A stretch of DNA of 64,000 bases from Candidatus Omnitrophota bacterium (GCA_030691865.1 JAUYDL010000029.1:4721-68720), one strand, 5' to 3'. Shown: positions 36,669 through 47,660, numbered from the stretch's first letter. Notes: a model not told the origin generated them from the letters alone. Numbers and translations: made by a program.

Positions 36669-37439
36669 TTAATACCCTCTCTTCTCTCTCCTCAAGATAT
36701 TATAATATCCCGATAACTTAGCCCAAAAGCTAAACAACTTATTCGTATCAGAATTGGTTACTTTGATTCTTTTAAGCTCATACACATCGCGGTTAAACTT
36801 AGCAAATCCGCGATTTGTCGTACAGGCGCCTTTATAACCTGCCTGCATAACTAATTTTTTTGCTTTCTCATTAAACCCACCGGAAGGATAACAAAAATAA
36901 TCTACCGGCAGGCCTATTTTCTCTTCAATCGCCTTCTTTGAGCCAGCTATCTCCTCAAACGCAGCCTTTTCATCTTTCACAACCCCAAGATAAAAATGCG
37001 TTTTGGTATGTCCCCCGAAAGCTATATTATCTTTAGACATAGCGATAACCTCATCCCAATTTAAAAATCCTTTTCCTATATAATCAGTTACAAGGAATAT
37101 AGTTGCCGGAAAACCAAACTTTTTCAAAACCGGATATGCATATTGAAAATTATCTTTATATCCATCATCAATAGTAATTACTATCTTGTTCCTTTTAAAA
37201 GACTTTTTATCTTTTATGCTTCTAACTAATTCATCTAAAGTTATGACTTCATAACCATTTTTCTTAATAAACGCCATCTGTTTAATAAAATTCTCAGGTT
37301 TAACAAAAAAACCCCCCTCCCCATACCCAATGCTATGATACACCAAAATAGGTACAGTGTACCTTGGAGTAAACCAAAAAAAATAAAAAGCTCCCAAAAT
37401 AATAATCAAAGAAAATAATGTTAAAAGTAATTTTTTCAT
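36669..37439 (-). CDS. Polysaccharide deacetylase (NodB homology domain).
   Basis: ITIDDGYKDNFQYAYPVLKKFGFPATIFLV, with an N-terminal TM anchor. Confidence 0.75.
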   Translation of the reverse strand: MKKLLLTLFSLIIILGAFYFFWFTPRYTVPILVYHSIGYGEGGFFVKPENFIKQMAFIKKNGYEVITLDELVRSIKDKKSFKRNKIVITIDDGYKDNFQYAYPVLKKFGFPATIFLVTDYIGKGFLNWDEVIAMSKDNIAFGGHTKTHFYLGVVKDEKAAFEEIAGSKKAIEEKIGLPVDYFCYPSGGFNEKAKKLVMQAGYKGACTTNRGFAKFNRDVYELKRIKVTNSDTNKLFSFWAKLSGYYNILRREKRGY

Positions 37440-37457
37440 ATAAATACAAACACTTTA

Positions 37458-39518
37458 CTACAACAAAATCTTATAGATCCGAGCTAACGAGTTACTAAAA
37501 ACTAATTTGAAAGATTCAGCATGTCCAGATGCCCAATCATCTTCTATGGGGAATTTCTTTAAATCATTGGATTCGTTATTTAATTTATGCGGAAGGGCAA
37601 TAAATAAGTAATCCACCTTATCTTTTCTTAGATTATTTAACCAGCTGCCATAATTTTTTTCCTTACGATAAAGGCCATCAGCATAAAAATGCGCCAGCGG
37701 AGGCTTATCATTCACCGAAACATATAACACGCTGTTTTTTAGCTTACTTCCAAAAAATGGATAAAACTCACTGCGTCCAGTATAAGCAATTTTCATTCCA
37801 CTACCGGTATTTTCATTAAGCCATTTCCAAGCGCGGCCAATATCAACCTGCGCTGATTCCTTTCCTTTAAAGGATATCGCATAACGATTAAATTCTTCTC
37901 TGTTGTATTTCTCGTTTAAAATAAATAAAACAACAAAAGTAATAATAACCATCACTAACAACGCCTTTAGTGAAAGTATGTTTCTAAGATTGCGCATTAA
38001 ACTCTTTCTAAAAATAAATGCAATAGCAAATAACAATAAAGCTAACAAAAATGAGAAGATTAATTCATTTCTTTTTGCCAATTCAGCCGCTGAACTAAAT
38101 ATGCAGATAAAACCTAAAAAGGTTAGATATTTTTTACCGTATTTAAATTTATCTAAAAATACTGCCACAGCGATCAACCCTATACCTAAATACGGAAATA
38201 AATACCTTATCCACAGAGCTTTAATGACAAAAAAATACATACAAAACATTATTAACGGCAGCATAAATAACAAAATATATTCAATACTATAATTAAACTT
38301 GCGCTTAAAGAATGTGGCCACGATAAAGGGTATTATGGTCCCTGGAATAACAAAAGCAATAAACTGTAAACCCAGCCCTTCGCTAAAAAACATATCCTTA
38401 ACGCTAAACTGTTCCCAAGGAATAAATAGCCTGCTAAAACCGGCTTTATCGATAATCCCAGGGAAGATTGTCCTGCCAAACAATGATACCGAAACCGGAT
38501 ACAATGGATTCCCCGTAAGAATAAATGTTCTAAAGTAGCTAAATGATCCAAAAATAAAAAACGTAGCCGCAACAACAGAAAGAACAAAAAATAAACTTCT
38601 ATAATTTTCTTTCTTGGCATTGCTGATTATAAAATAGGCAGCTAAAGGCAACAATGTAACTGACCAAAAAACATTTAAAATCTTGGTTCCAACAAATATC
38701 CCTAATGTAACCCCTAAAATAAGAGCGTTTTTGTAATTGAATTTCTTGTTCAAAATTAATAAATAATTTAAAACCATCAAAAATAAAGCAGCGCACATAA
38801 CATCAATCTGCGTGCCATTCCTGATTTGCTTAAACACATTAGGTATAATGGCCCATAAAAAACTAACCAACAAAGCCGTGTTGTTTTTTAGAGAGTACTT
38901 TCTTAATATTGAATATATAGCCAATATGCCCAATAGATAAAATACAGCCTGCCCGACATCAGCGATAAAAGCATTTTTAAGCGGAAGCATCCACCAAAAA
39001 AACAATAGCTCAGCATTCATAGGATAGTAGGTTAAAGCGGTCAAATCTGCTGAGATTGGCCAAGCACCAAAAACAGAGATCGGATTTATAAGGTTACCGT
39101 TCTTTAACCAAAAGGCAGGAAAACTAAGATGATACTGATGGCTCTCCGGGCAAATCGGAGGATTAATAAGATTGACCCAAAGCTTTATAATAAAAAAACC
39201 CAAAAATATCGCTATTGCTAAAAGCAATATCTTATTTTCAAATATAAAATTTACCTTAGGTATTTTAAATTCAAAACGCGGTTTTCTCCGAGTAAATAGA
39301 TACACTATTAAAAACACCGTTAAATGTAAAAAAATAACATTTGGTAGATAAAGTATCTGCGAGAGTCCCAAAAATAATTCTACAATAATAACCTGGGCAA
39401 AAAAAAGTGTAAACCACGAAAGACAAAAATCCGCCAACGTCTGTTGTAAAAATAAAATAGAACTAAAATAATAAGAACTCAATCCCACTAAAGCATTAAG
39501 TAAAATAAATACTACCAT
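37458..39518 (-). CDS. Large polytopic membrane protein, a putative GT-C-fold glycosyltransferase (ArnT/PMT/YfhO-like).
   Basis: 686 aa with many transmembrane helices. It lies adjacent to a polyprenyl-phosphate-type GT2 gene. Confidence 0.4.
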   Translation of the reverse strand: MVVFILLNALVGLSSYYFSSILFLQQTLADFCLSWFTLFFAQVIIVELFLGLSQILYLPNVIFLHLTVFLIVYLFTRRKPRFEFKIPKVNFIFENKILLLAIAIFLGFFIIKLWVNLINPPICPESHQYHLSFPAFWLKNGNLINPISVFGAWPISADLTALTYYPMNAELLFFWWMLPLKNAFIADVGQAVFYLLGILAIYSILRKYSLKNNTALLVSFLWAIIPNVFKQIRNGTQIDVMCAALFLMVLNYLLILNKKFNYKNALILGVTLGIFVGTKILNVFWSVTLLPLAAYFIISNAKKENYRSLFFVLSVVAATFFIFGSFSYFRTFILTGNPLYPVSVSLFGRTIFPGIIDKAGFSRLFIPWEQFSVKDMFFSEGLGLQFIAFVIPGTIIPFIVATFFKRKFNYSIEYILLFMLPLIMFCMYFFVIKALWIRYLFPYLGIGLIAVAVFLDKFKYGKKYLTFLGFICIFSSAAELAKRNELIFSFLLALLLFAIAFIFRKSLMRNLRNILSLKALLVMVIITFVVLFILNEKYNREEFNRYAISFKGKESAQVDIGRAWKWLNENTGSGMKIAYTGRSEFYPFFGSKLKNSVLYVSVNDKPPLAHFYADGLYRKEKNYGSWLNNLRKDKVDYLFIALPHKLNNESNDLKKFPIEDDWASGHAESFKLVFSNSLARIYKILL

Positions 39519-39522
39519 CGCC

Positions 39523-41049
39523 TTACCTTTCCTCTCTAAGCCATATTCTTTTTACTGATCGAAGATTTTCTAACCAACCATTATAGCGTTTAAATAAGAT
39601 TAAGCGCAACATTTTTATGGCCGTCCTAGCGGAAGATATAAAATTATTTGAAAATTTTGATGCCCCCATGATTCTAGCATGATAAGGAACGGGCACCTCA
39701 ATAACCCGTTGCCAGGCATTAAGCAATTCAATGATCATTTCCGGAGAAAATTCAGGGCCTTTTCCGGTTAAAGAACCAGATATTTTCTTATATGATTCCT
39801 GCCAAATACAACGAAAGGTACAACCCACATCCGTAAAACGTGATTTACGATTCCACCAAAGCAAGGTAATTATACCTCCAAAAAGAATATTTCCCATTCT
39901 TTGAAAAAAAGGCATATTCGCGCCATATTCAATATATTGCCAATAGGTCCTGGTGCCAATAACCGCATCCGCATTTTTTATATACAAAAGCAATTTTTCA
40001 AGATCTTCCGCTCGAAATGTACCATCGGCCTCAACTACAACTAGTATATCCGCATCAGAACGATCCAAACCTTTCTTTATCGCGTCACCATAGCCATTGA
40101 GCGGCTCAGAATAAACTAATGCTCCTGCCCTTCTAGCCTTTGCCGCAGTACCATCGGCAGAATTATTATCCATAACAATGACCTGCCTGCAAACAGGTAA
40201 AAAATTCTTAACCACATATTCTATTGACTCCACTTCATTCCAAGCCGGAATAATTACATCGATTGTAAAACTATTCCAGCGTTTTTGGCGAATAGACCTT
40301 TTCATCTTATATACATCACTACGATTATTTATATTCACATATCCGCCATAAAATTCATGTCCAATAATCGGTCCACATCCTTGGGCAGATACAAGATTAA
40401 AAAGATTGATAAAATTAATTACACTAGCGCTAGCAATATTTTCTTTAGCTAATTCCGCCAGCCGGCTTTTTGCGCAAATAAATCCTAGCCCAAAATAAAC
40501 CGAAGTTATGCTCGCCGGTTTTTCTTTCACCTGTTTAACTATTTTAGTATTTTCATCAAAATCTACTGAATAATTATTAAAATATTCATCTGGAAAATCA
40601 TACTTCTTCAATCCACAACATATAGAAAAGTCAATAGAGCTTTGCACAAATTTTGCAAAAGGCAGATGATCTTCTCCTCCATAATACTCATCACCCAACA
40701 CCGAAACAAACATCTCATCTTTATTCAAGTATGGGACTATGGCAGCGTAACCAGCAATTAAACCTTTCGCTATCTGATTATCCGCTATAGTAATAAATTC
40801 GATCCTAGATTTTAACCCTTTAATTTTACTTAAAACATCGCGTATCATTTCAGAGTTGTAACCAACTAAAACATACAACGTCTCAAGATTAAACGCATTA
40901 TCCAAGAGCCTTACATTTCTAACAATAAGCGGCTCATTATCTACAACCAGCATAGTTTTTGAAATTTTCTTACTATAAGGCAGAAAACGTGTTCCTCTGC
41001 CCGCAGCCATAATAAAACCCTTACTTATTTTTCTTATATTTTCAAGCAT
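39523..41049 (-). CDS. Fusion of a sugar-1-phosphate nucleotidyltransferase (N-terminus) and a GT2 polyprenyl-phosphate glycosyltransferase (C-terminus).
   Basis: The N-terminus reads MAAGRGTRFLPYSKKISKTML (NTP_transferase). From about residue 255 it reads FTIDVIIPAWNEVESIEYV...VIVMDNNSADGT (GT2, ArnC/DPM1-like). Confidence 0.7.
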   Translation of the reverse strand: MLENIRKISKGFIMAAGRGTRFLPYSKKISKTMLVVDNEPLIVRNVRLLDNAFNLETLYVLVGYNSEMIRDVLSKIKGLKSRIEFITIADNQIAKGLIAGYAAIVPYLNKDEMFVSVLGDEYYGGEDHLPFAKFVQSSIDFSICCGLKKYDFPDEYFNNYSVDFDENTKIVKQVKEKPASITSVYFGLGFICAKSRLAELAKENIASASVINFINLFNLVSAQGCGPIIGHEFYGGYVNINNRSDVYKMKRSIRQKRWNSFTIDVIIPAWNEVESIEYVVKNFLPVCRQVIVMDNNSADGTAAKARRAGALVYSEPLNGYGDAIKKGLDRSDADILVVVEADGTFRAEDLEKLLLYIKNADAVIGTRTYWQYIEYGANMPFFQRMGNILFGGIITLLWWNRKSRFTDVGCTFRCIWQESYKKISGSLTGKGPEFSPEMIIELLNAWQRVIEVPVPYHARIMGASKFSNNFISSARTAIKMLRLILFKRYNGWLENLRSVKRIWLREER

Positions 41050-41050
41050 A

Positions 41051-42451
41051 TTATCTAAAGAATGAAATTATTTTTTGTAAAATAATACTAGCATGAGATA
41101 TTGTCCTTATATTTCTAAGATTATGTAAAATTATTTTTGGTCTCAAATAAAATCTTAAAAAAAACCAACGATACCAATAACGTAACTGCTTATCAGTTAG
41201 TTTCGGCGGAATATAAGAAAAGTTCCCATATTGCATCTTATTAGAAATAATATCTTTTTCGCTAATTTCTCCACTAGCAATTAATCTATCTGTAATCGGA
41301 GTGCCCGGTAAAGGAATAAATCTAGTTAAGCTTATCCTGACTAAAGGTAGAGACGAAACAAACTTTATAGTCCTACGCAATGTTGCTAAGGTCTCCAGCG
41401 GATAACCCACCATAACAAAACCAATTATATCAATTCCATGTGCATAGATAAGTTTTATTTTTTCTGTTATCATCTCTAAGCTTATCCCCTTGCCGATATC
41501 TTTTAATATTTCAGGATCCCCGGATTCAATCCCCACCGCAACTTCATAGCAACCGGATTCTTTCATAGCGACAAGTAACTTTTCATCTAAAGTATCTAAC
41601 CGCAGCCCATTAGGACAGGTCCATAATAAATCCAAACGCCGTTTAATCAATTCATTAGCAAACTCTAAAGCCGCACTGTTAGGAAAAGTAAAATTATCAT
41701 CTATAACCTGAAATTCCCTAAGACCGTACTTATTCTTTAGATATTCTAATTCATCAACCACGCTAACCGGATCTCTTCTCCTGACCTTGTAACCGGTAAT
41801 ATTCCTGCTCCCGCAAAAAGAACAACGATACGGACAGCCCCGCGATATCATAATTGGCAATACCGGCAACCTTCTATAAAAAAATCCATGTACTGCATTA
41901 CCATATAGCCGAGGATTAAGTTCATCCCAATCCGGCGAGCCGATAGCATCAAGATCCTCAACATACTCATGATGAGATACTAATATCTCATCATTTTCTC
42001 TCCAGGCAAGATTAGGAATTTGCTCTAATGAGCTTTTATCCATCCTCCCGCTATTAAACAACTCCAGAAGCCTTACAACTGCCACCTCCCCTTCTCCGAC
42101 AACCAGGAAATTAACTTCTTTTAGCAAATTAAATACAGATTTAGGATTTGAAGAAGGCGCCGGCCCGCCAATAATTATCGGAATATCCAAAGACTCTTTT
42201 CGCACTGCCCGGACATATTCTTTAATTTTCCCCAGGTCCATGTCAAAAGCCTGAAAACCTATAAATCTGTAATCCTTAATTAATATATGCTTAAATAATT
42301 CTTCCGGCAAAACTCCTAAAACATTACAATCAAAAATACGTACAGTAAAACCATTCTTTTTAACGTAATTAGCGATAAACCCTAATCCTAATGGCGGAGT
42401 GTATTGAAGATTATAGCTGCTCAAAGGTTTAATTAATAATAAATCGTACAT
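41051..42451 (-). CDS. Cobalamin-binding (class B) radical SAM enzyme.
   Basis: An N-terminal B12-binding-like domain, then CPYRCSFCGS (CxxxCxxC). Confidence 0.75.
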   Translation of the reverse strand: MYDLLLIKPLSSYNLQYTPPLGLGFIANYVKKNGFTVRIFDCNVLGVLPEELFKHILIKDYRFIGFQAFDMDLGKIKEYVRAVRKESLDIPIIIGGPAPSSNPKSVFNLLKEVNFLVVGEGEVAVVRLLELFNSGRMDKSSLEQIPNLAWRENDEILVSHHEYVEDLDAIGSPDWDELNPRLYGNAVHGFFYRRLPVLPIMISRGCPYRCSFCGSRNITGYKVRRRDPVSVVDELEYLKNKYGLREFQVIDDNFTFPNSAALEFANELIKRRLDLLWTCPNGLRLDTLDEKLLVAMKESGCYEVAVGIESGDPEILKDIGKGISLEMITEKIKLIYAHGIDIIGFVMVGYPLETLATLRRTIKFVSSLPLVRISLTRFIPLPGTPITDRLIASGEISEKDIISNKMQYGNFSYIPPKLTDKQLRYWYRWFFLRFYLRPKIILHNLRNIRTISHASIILQKIISFFR

Positions 42452-42452
42452 G

Positions 42453-43850
42453 CTAATACCGTTTAAGAAATAAATTGAATGATCTTTTAACCTTGTTCAA
42501 TGTTTTTGCCAGCCTCTTGCTTCCCAAAACCTTCTTCTGGACTAATGCAACCGGAATTAAATCCCAAAAATATTTAACGGTATAAGAGATTTTAATTCCG
42601 CAATGATTCACTAACTTTCGCCATCTATTTAAAGTCTTCATACTATGTTCTCTAGTATAATAATAGACATCTCCACTTTTAACCCAGATCTTGGCATCAA
42701 ATTTATTTTCCTTAATTAAATCGGAATAAACTTTGGTTCCCGGAAGCACATAAAGCATCGAAGCCCCCGCTCCATGCGTTGACCTTATGTTAGCATTGGC
42801 GTAATCCACTGTTTCTTTTATCGTTGCCTCGGTTTCACCGGGAGTCCCCACACAGAAAAATGCCGAAGTAGTCATCTTGTCCGTAAACTTAGCGCAGATA
42901 TCAAAAGCGGTTTTAACCAATTCCCGGGTAATCTTTTTATTTATTTTACCAAGTATATTCTCGGATAAAGTTTCTACTCCCCAGGTTATATGCCTACATC
43001 CTGAATCCGCCAATTTAGCCACCATCTCTTCATTCACCGGAGTAACTCTACAGGAAATCGCATATTCTATATCTAGTTTTTTTAACACCTCTGTAATCTT
43101 AATCGTCCTATCTATTCCCAGATTAAATGTATCATCGTGAAAAAAAATACGCTTTGCCCCCATTCTTTTCACATATTCCACTTCCTGAGCTATTCTTTCA
43201 GGGGAATTCATCCGCACGTTTTGCCCCCAAAAAGATGAGGTGGAACAAAACGAGCAGTTGACCGGACAGCCCCGCGAAGTTATTAAGTATGCGAGCTTCT
43301 TTTGCCTAATTTCTTCTGCAGCGTAAGAATAATCCGGTAAAGCTAATTCATCTAGATCCTTAACCAGTCCAAAAACTCTGTTGGATAAAAAACCCTTATC
43401 CTTATCTTTGTATACTAAACCACTAATAGTTGATAGGTCCCCGCCTTGCTTGAGAGCCTGGCAAAGCCCAGGCAATGACCTCTCTCCTTCAGACTGAATT
43501 ATAAAATCTAAATCATGGTAAAAATATTTAAAAGTCTGTTCATAAAGAGTAGCCGGATGAACTCCGCCCAGCACAACCAAGATCTTCCTATCTATTTTCT
43601 TTATTTGTCTTAATAGCTTAAACGCGCCCCAACGGTTAAAAGAATTAAATGATATCCCGACCAAATCCGGCTTTTTAGTCCTAACTGTAGATAAAAATAA
43701 CCTAATACTCGGATTAAATTCTTTTCCATTATAATTATAAATATCGACTTCATGCTGCTTATTTAAGGAAGCTGAAAGATACCCTAGGCCCAAAGGATAA
43801 CCTTTTAAATTTAACTCTGAAGTTGGAGGATAAACCAGGGCTATTTTCAT
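42453..43850 (-). CDS. Cobalamin-binding (class B) radical SAM enzyme.
   Basis: An N-terminal B12-binding-like domain, then CPVNCSFCST. Confidence 0.75.
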   Translation of the reverse strand: MKIALVYPPTSELNLKGYPLGLGYLSASLNKQHEVDIYNYNGKEFNPSIRLFLSTVRTKKPDLVGISFNSFNRWGAFKLLRQIKKIDRKILVVLGGVHPATLYEQTFKYFYHDLDFIIQSEGERSLPGLCQALKQGGDLSTISGLVYKDKDKGFLSNRVFGLVKDLDELALPDYSYAAEEIRQKKLAYLITSRGCPVNCSFCSTSSFWGQNVRMNSPERIAQEVEYVKRMGAKRIFFHDDTFNLGIDRTIKITEVLKKLDIEYAISCRVTPVNEEMVAKLADSGCRHITWGVETLSENILGKINKKITRELVKTAFDICAKFTDKMTTSAFFCVGTPGETEATIKETVDYANANIRSTHGAGASMLYVLPGTKVYSDLIKENKFDAKIWVKSGDVYYYTREHSMKTLNRWRKLVNHCGIKISYTVKYFWDLIPVALVQKKVLGSKRLAKTLNKVKRSFNLFLKRY

Positions 43851-43858
43851 TTTAAAGA

Positions 43859-44578
43859 TTAGTTTTTACACACGCAGACAAAATCCGAAGCAACCTTAAG
43901 ATTAGACCGGGTAAGCCTAAAATCATTAATATTTATAATCTTGTAGAACCTCTTTACCGGATTAATCCCATCCGGTAAAAATTTAAAAATTCCGCTTTTC
44001 TTAAGCCTTAAATAAAAATAATGCCTGGGGCTTAAATGCAGGCCATAGATTGTAACTTCTTTAAATACTCTTAACAAAGTCTCTCGCAGCTCTTCTAGCC
44101 TAAACTCTTTACAATGCGCAAGATTCTTTTTATAAGTTTTAGGCGATTTCATAACTTTATCTAAATTCAAAGTCGACAAATACAGCGTTCCTTTATCTTT
44201 TAGCACTCTTCTTAACTGATTAAGGTATACCGGAATTAACTCCTCCGGAATATGCTCAATTACTTGAAAAGAACAAACGATATCAAATTCCTGGTTTTTA
44301 AACTCCAATTTCAAAGCATCCATCGCTAAATACTTTAGATTATCAGCTTTATATTTCTTTTGCGCAGACAATACGACTTCAGATTCATAATCCACACCCT
44401 GAACAAACTTAGCCCTTTCGGCTAAAAAAGCACAACCATACCCATCCCCACAGCCAACATCAAGCACAGATTTACCAAGCACATTATCTTTGATAAAAGA
44501 ATAAACCTTAAGGTGCTGTAAATAAAAACTACGATCAGTCTCTTCAGGAATTATTCTTGTCTCGATCTTCTTAAGCAT
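43859..44578 (-). CDS. Class I SAM-dependent methyltransferase.
   Basis: VLDVGCGDGYGCAFLAERA, motif I. Confidence 0.75.
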   Translation of the reverse strand: MLKKIETRIIPEETDRSFYLQHLKVYSFIKDNVLGKSVLDVGCGDGYGCAFLAERAKFVQGVDYESEVVLSAQKKYKADNLKYLAMDALKLEFKNQEFDIVCSFQVIEHIPEELIPVYLNQLRRVLKDKGTLYLSTLNLDKVMKSPKTYKKNLAHCKEFRLEELRETLLRVFKEVTIYGLHLSPRHYFYLRLKKSGIFKFLPDGINPVKRFYKIININDFRLTRSNLKVASDFVCVCKN

Positions 44579-45278
44579 TTTTTCCTAACCAAAATTTTAC
44601 CTTTAATATCGTCCACAGCGCGGGAATCATATCCGTGGCCTTAACCGTTTTACCTTCTTTATGTGTCCGGGGCTTGTAATAGACAGGAATCTCCCCGGTT
44701 TTATATCCACCCTTGCAAAGTTTACTTACCAACTCAAATGCAAAAGCCTGGCTACTAGCCTTACAGTTAAGTTTCTTTAAAACATTGATTTTAATTAAGT
44801 TTGTGCCGATAATATCAGTAAAATGTTTTCCGTACAACAGATTTATGAAAAATGTTGCGATAATCGTCCCCAGCCAAAAAGGCCTTTCTTTGATCAATTC
44901 TATGTTTGAGGTATTCACCCTACCTAAAAGGCGTGAACCAAAAACAACATCCAGGCCTTCATTTTCCATTTTATCTATCATTTTTAAGGCATCTTCCATC
45001 TTGTATTCCAGATCCGCACCAGGCCCATAAACATAATCGCCTTGCGCCAGGCATATTCCTTCCCAGCCCGAATATCCGGCACCCATATTTTTAGAGTGGA
45101 GAATTATTTTAAGCGTTTTGTCATCCTTTAAACCATCCAATATTTCTTTTGTACCGTCAGTTGAGCAGTTATCTATAACAATTATTTCCTTATCAATCTT
45201 TAATACCTTAGCTTCTTGGATGGCTTTTAAGATTGTCAGTTTTTCATTAAAGCAACCTATAATAATTGTCAGTTTCAT
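44571..45278 (-). CDS. GT2 glycosyltransferase (DPM1/GtrB-like).
   Basis: MKLTIIIGCFNEKLTILKAI...IIVIDNCSTDGT. Confidence 0.7.
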   Translation of the reverse strand: MKLTIIIGCFNEKLTILKAIQEAKVLKIDKEIIVIDNCSTDGTKEILDGLKDDKTLKIILHSKNMGAGYSGWEGICLAQGDYVYGPGADLEYKMEDALKMIDKMENEGLDVVFGSRLLGRVNTSNIELIKERPFWLGTIIATFFINLLYGKHFTDIIGTNLIKINVLKKLNCKASSQAFAFELVSKLCKGGYKTGEIPVYYKPRTHKEGKTVKATDMIPALWTILKVKFWLGKNA

Positions 45279-46585
45279 ATTGTCATTCTGAAAAAATTAT
45301 GTAAAATCCTCTCTACATAAGATAACATTGGCTTGGTAAGCCCCGGATAAACTCCTATCCAAAACAGATTATTCATAACTAAATCGGTGTTTTTTAAATT
45401 TCCTAACACTCGATGTTTTATATTTTTATAAGCCGGCTGCTTAAGTAAGTTCCCTCCAAATAACATTCTGGTGACAATCTTATTACTTTCAAGATAATTA
45501 ACAATCTCTGCCCTTTTAAACGGCACATTTTCCTTAACCAGAATAGGAAAACCAAACCAGCTTGGATCAGAATACATCTGCGCCTGTGGCAGTATAAAAT
45601 AATCGTTATATTTCTCAAAAATTTTATATAAGAATTTAAAGTTTCTTTTCCTTGCGTCAATAAAACCGGGTAGTTTTTCCAGTTGCGCGCAGCCGATAGC
45701 CGCCTGCATATCGGTAACCTTTAAGTTATATCCAATATGCGAATACACATACTTATGGTCATAGCTATAGGGCAAATCGCCAAACTTTTGCTTAAATCTC
45801 ATTTTACAAGTATCATCATGCCCCGGTTCACACCAACAATCTCTCCCCCAATCACGAAAAGACATTATTATCCTTCTTAATAACGGATTATTAGTTAAAA
45901 CCGCTCCGCCCTCTCCCATGGTCAAATGGTGAGGTGGGTAGAAACTACAAGTAGAGATATCACCAAATGTTCCAGTATATCTACCCTTATATTTGGATCC
46001 AAGACTATCGCAATTATCCTCAAGCCACCATAATTTATGTTTCTTTACTATCTGATTAATCTTATTAATATTTACCGGATTCCCCAACGTGTGCGCCGTA
46101 AAAATCGCCTTTGACTTTTTAGTAATCGCTTTTTCTATTTTTTCTGCCTGTATATTATATGTTCCCATCTCTACATCAATGAATACGGGCACAAGGTTAT
46201 TCTGTAGAATCGGATTAAGCGTTGTCGGAAAACCGCAAGCAGTAGTAATTACTTCATCTCCGGGTTTTAATTGCCTTTCCTTTAACAGCGGCGAAGTCAA
46301 TGCGGAAATTGCTAATAGGTTTGCCGATGAGCCTGAATTTGTAAGTAAACAAGATTTAACGCCTAAGAAACTTCCAAGCTTCTCCTCAAACATAGCAGCG
46401 TATCTTCCTGCAGTTAGCCAAAAATCAAGAGATGCATCAACTAAATTTATTAATTCCCTGGAATCATAAACTCTGCCGGCATAATTAATTGTATTTTCAC
46501 CAGAAATAAATTTTTTTTCTTTCGCTTCGGATTTATACAGCTTTTCAATTAATTTAAATATCTTTTTTCTGATTTTATTTTTCAT
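45275..46585 (-). CDS. DegT-family PLP/PMP-dependent enzyme, RfbH/DdhC-like (CDP-6-deoxy-4-keto-hexose 3-dehydrase type).
   Basis: 436 aa, with length and N-terminal region (GENTINYAGRVYDSRELINLVDASLDFWLTAGRY) typical of RfbH/E1. It sits in a CDP-sugar context with rfbF/rfbG-like genes. Confidence 0.7.
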   Translation of the reverse strand: MKNKIRKKIFKLIEKLYKSEAKEKKFISGENTINYAGRVYDSRELINLVDASLDFWLTAGRYAAMFEEKLGSFLGVKSCLLTNSGSSANLLAISALTSPLLKERQLKPGDEVITTACGFPTTLNPILQNNLVPVFIDVEMGTYNIQAEKIEKAITKKSKAIFTAHTLGNPVNINKINQIVKKHKLWWLEDNCDSLGSKYKGRYTGTFGDISTCSFYPPHHLTMGEGGAVLTNNPLLRRIIMSFRDWGRDCWCEPGHDDTCKMRFKQKFGDLPYSYDHKYVYSHIGYNLKVTDMQAAIGCAQLEKLPGFIDARKRNFKFLYKIFEKYNDYFILPQAQMYSDPSWFGFPILVKENVPFKRAEIVNYLESNKIVTRMLFGGNLLKQPAYKNIKHRVLGNLKNTDLVMNNLFWIGVYPGLTKPMLSYVERILHNFFRMTI

Positions 46586-47656
46586 TTAATCAATAAAGTC
46601 CTCTTTTGTAAACACCTCAGAATAAAGCACTGGAAGTGGTTTACCGTATATTTTCTTAATTTCATAATCATTAATAAATTTTCTGTCCTCCGCAATAAGA
46701 CAGGTATCAATATAATTTTTAAAGTATTTAATCTTCATCCCCCGTTGAATAATATCTTTTAACGACTCTTCAAAGAAGTTCCCCAATGAAACATGAATAT
46801 ACGGACATGGCATAACATCACCATATTTTGTGATAGATACCATTCTTTTTACCGCTATGCAACCCAAATTAAGGCCATACGCTGGAGTTAGATGTGTGAA
46901 TACATTATATTTTTTTTCCAGTTCGCGCATATACTCCATATCATCTTTACTAATAAGGACATTGTAATTCCCTTCCCATGCCCCGACAGGTTTGGCGTAT
47001 GTTACAAATACCCCCACTCCTTTTTTCTTCGCAAATTCCAGGAATTCAATAAATTCCTGCGACCTAACCCTTTGTTTGGTAACTACAGTCGCCAATATGA
47101 TATTTAGTCCTGCATCCAGACATGCATCGATTGCTTTTATCGCTCTTTCATGCGAACCGGCTTTACGCCTGAATTCATCGTGCTCAGTTGCAGAAAGGCT
47201 GTCCAGGCTTAGTTGAATCTTATCTAACCCTATATTCTTTAAATGTTTTGCTTTTTTAGCATCTAAAAACCATCCATTAGTGTCTGAGGTTATATAAAAC
47301 TTCTGCGGGTCAATCGCCTTGACTATATCATCAAAATCAGGAAAAACTAATGGCTCCCCGCCAGTAATTACAATATGCGCTAAGCCCATTTCGTCAGCTT
47401 GCCGCGAAAGCTCCTTTACATCCTTAATCGTAAAGAACCTGCTCCCGTTTTTACCCCGCAGCTTAGTTATATCGCAATGCTGACAGGCAAAATTACATGT
47501 ATAGTCGTATTGAAATTGTAATATAGCTACACTTTCTCCCCGCTTGATTTTTTCATCATATTTCATAATCTTCTCATAAACATACGGCTTTTCTTTTTTC
47601 AGAAGTTTTCTTTTTTCGTTTTCTTCCGGTTTTAATTGCCCTTGTTGAGCCATCAT
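46586..47656 (-). CDS. Radical SAM enzyme (CxxxCxxC), possibly with a twitch/SPASM-like C-terminus.
   Basis: YDYTCNFACQHCD, with additional C-terminal cysteines. Confidence 0.7.
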   Translation of the reverse strand: MMAQQGQLKPEENEKRKLLKKEKPYVYEKIMKYDEKIKRGESVAILQFQYDYTCNFACQHCDITKLRGKNGSRFFTIKDVKELSRQADEMGLAHIVITGGEPLVFPDFDDIVKAIDPQKFYITSDTNGWFLDAKKAKHLKNIGLDKIQLSLDSLSATEHDEFRRKAGSHERAIKAIDACLDAGLNIILATVVTKQRVRSQEFIEFLEFAKKKGVGVFVTYAKPVGAWEGNYNVLISKDDMEYMRELEKKYNVFTHLTPAYGLNLGCIAVKRMVSITKYGDVMPCPYIHVSLGNFFEESLKDIIQRGMKIKYFKNYIDTCLIAEDRKFINDYEIKKIYGKPLPVLYSEVFTKEDFID

Positions 47657-47660
47657 GATA

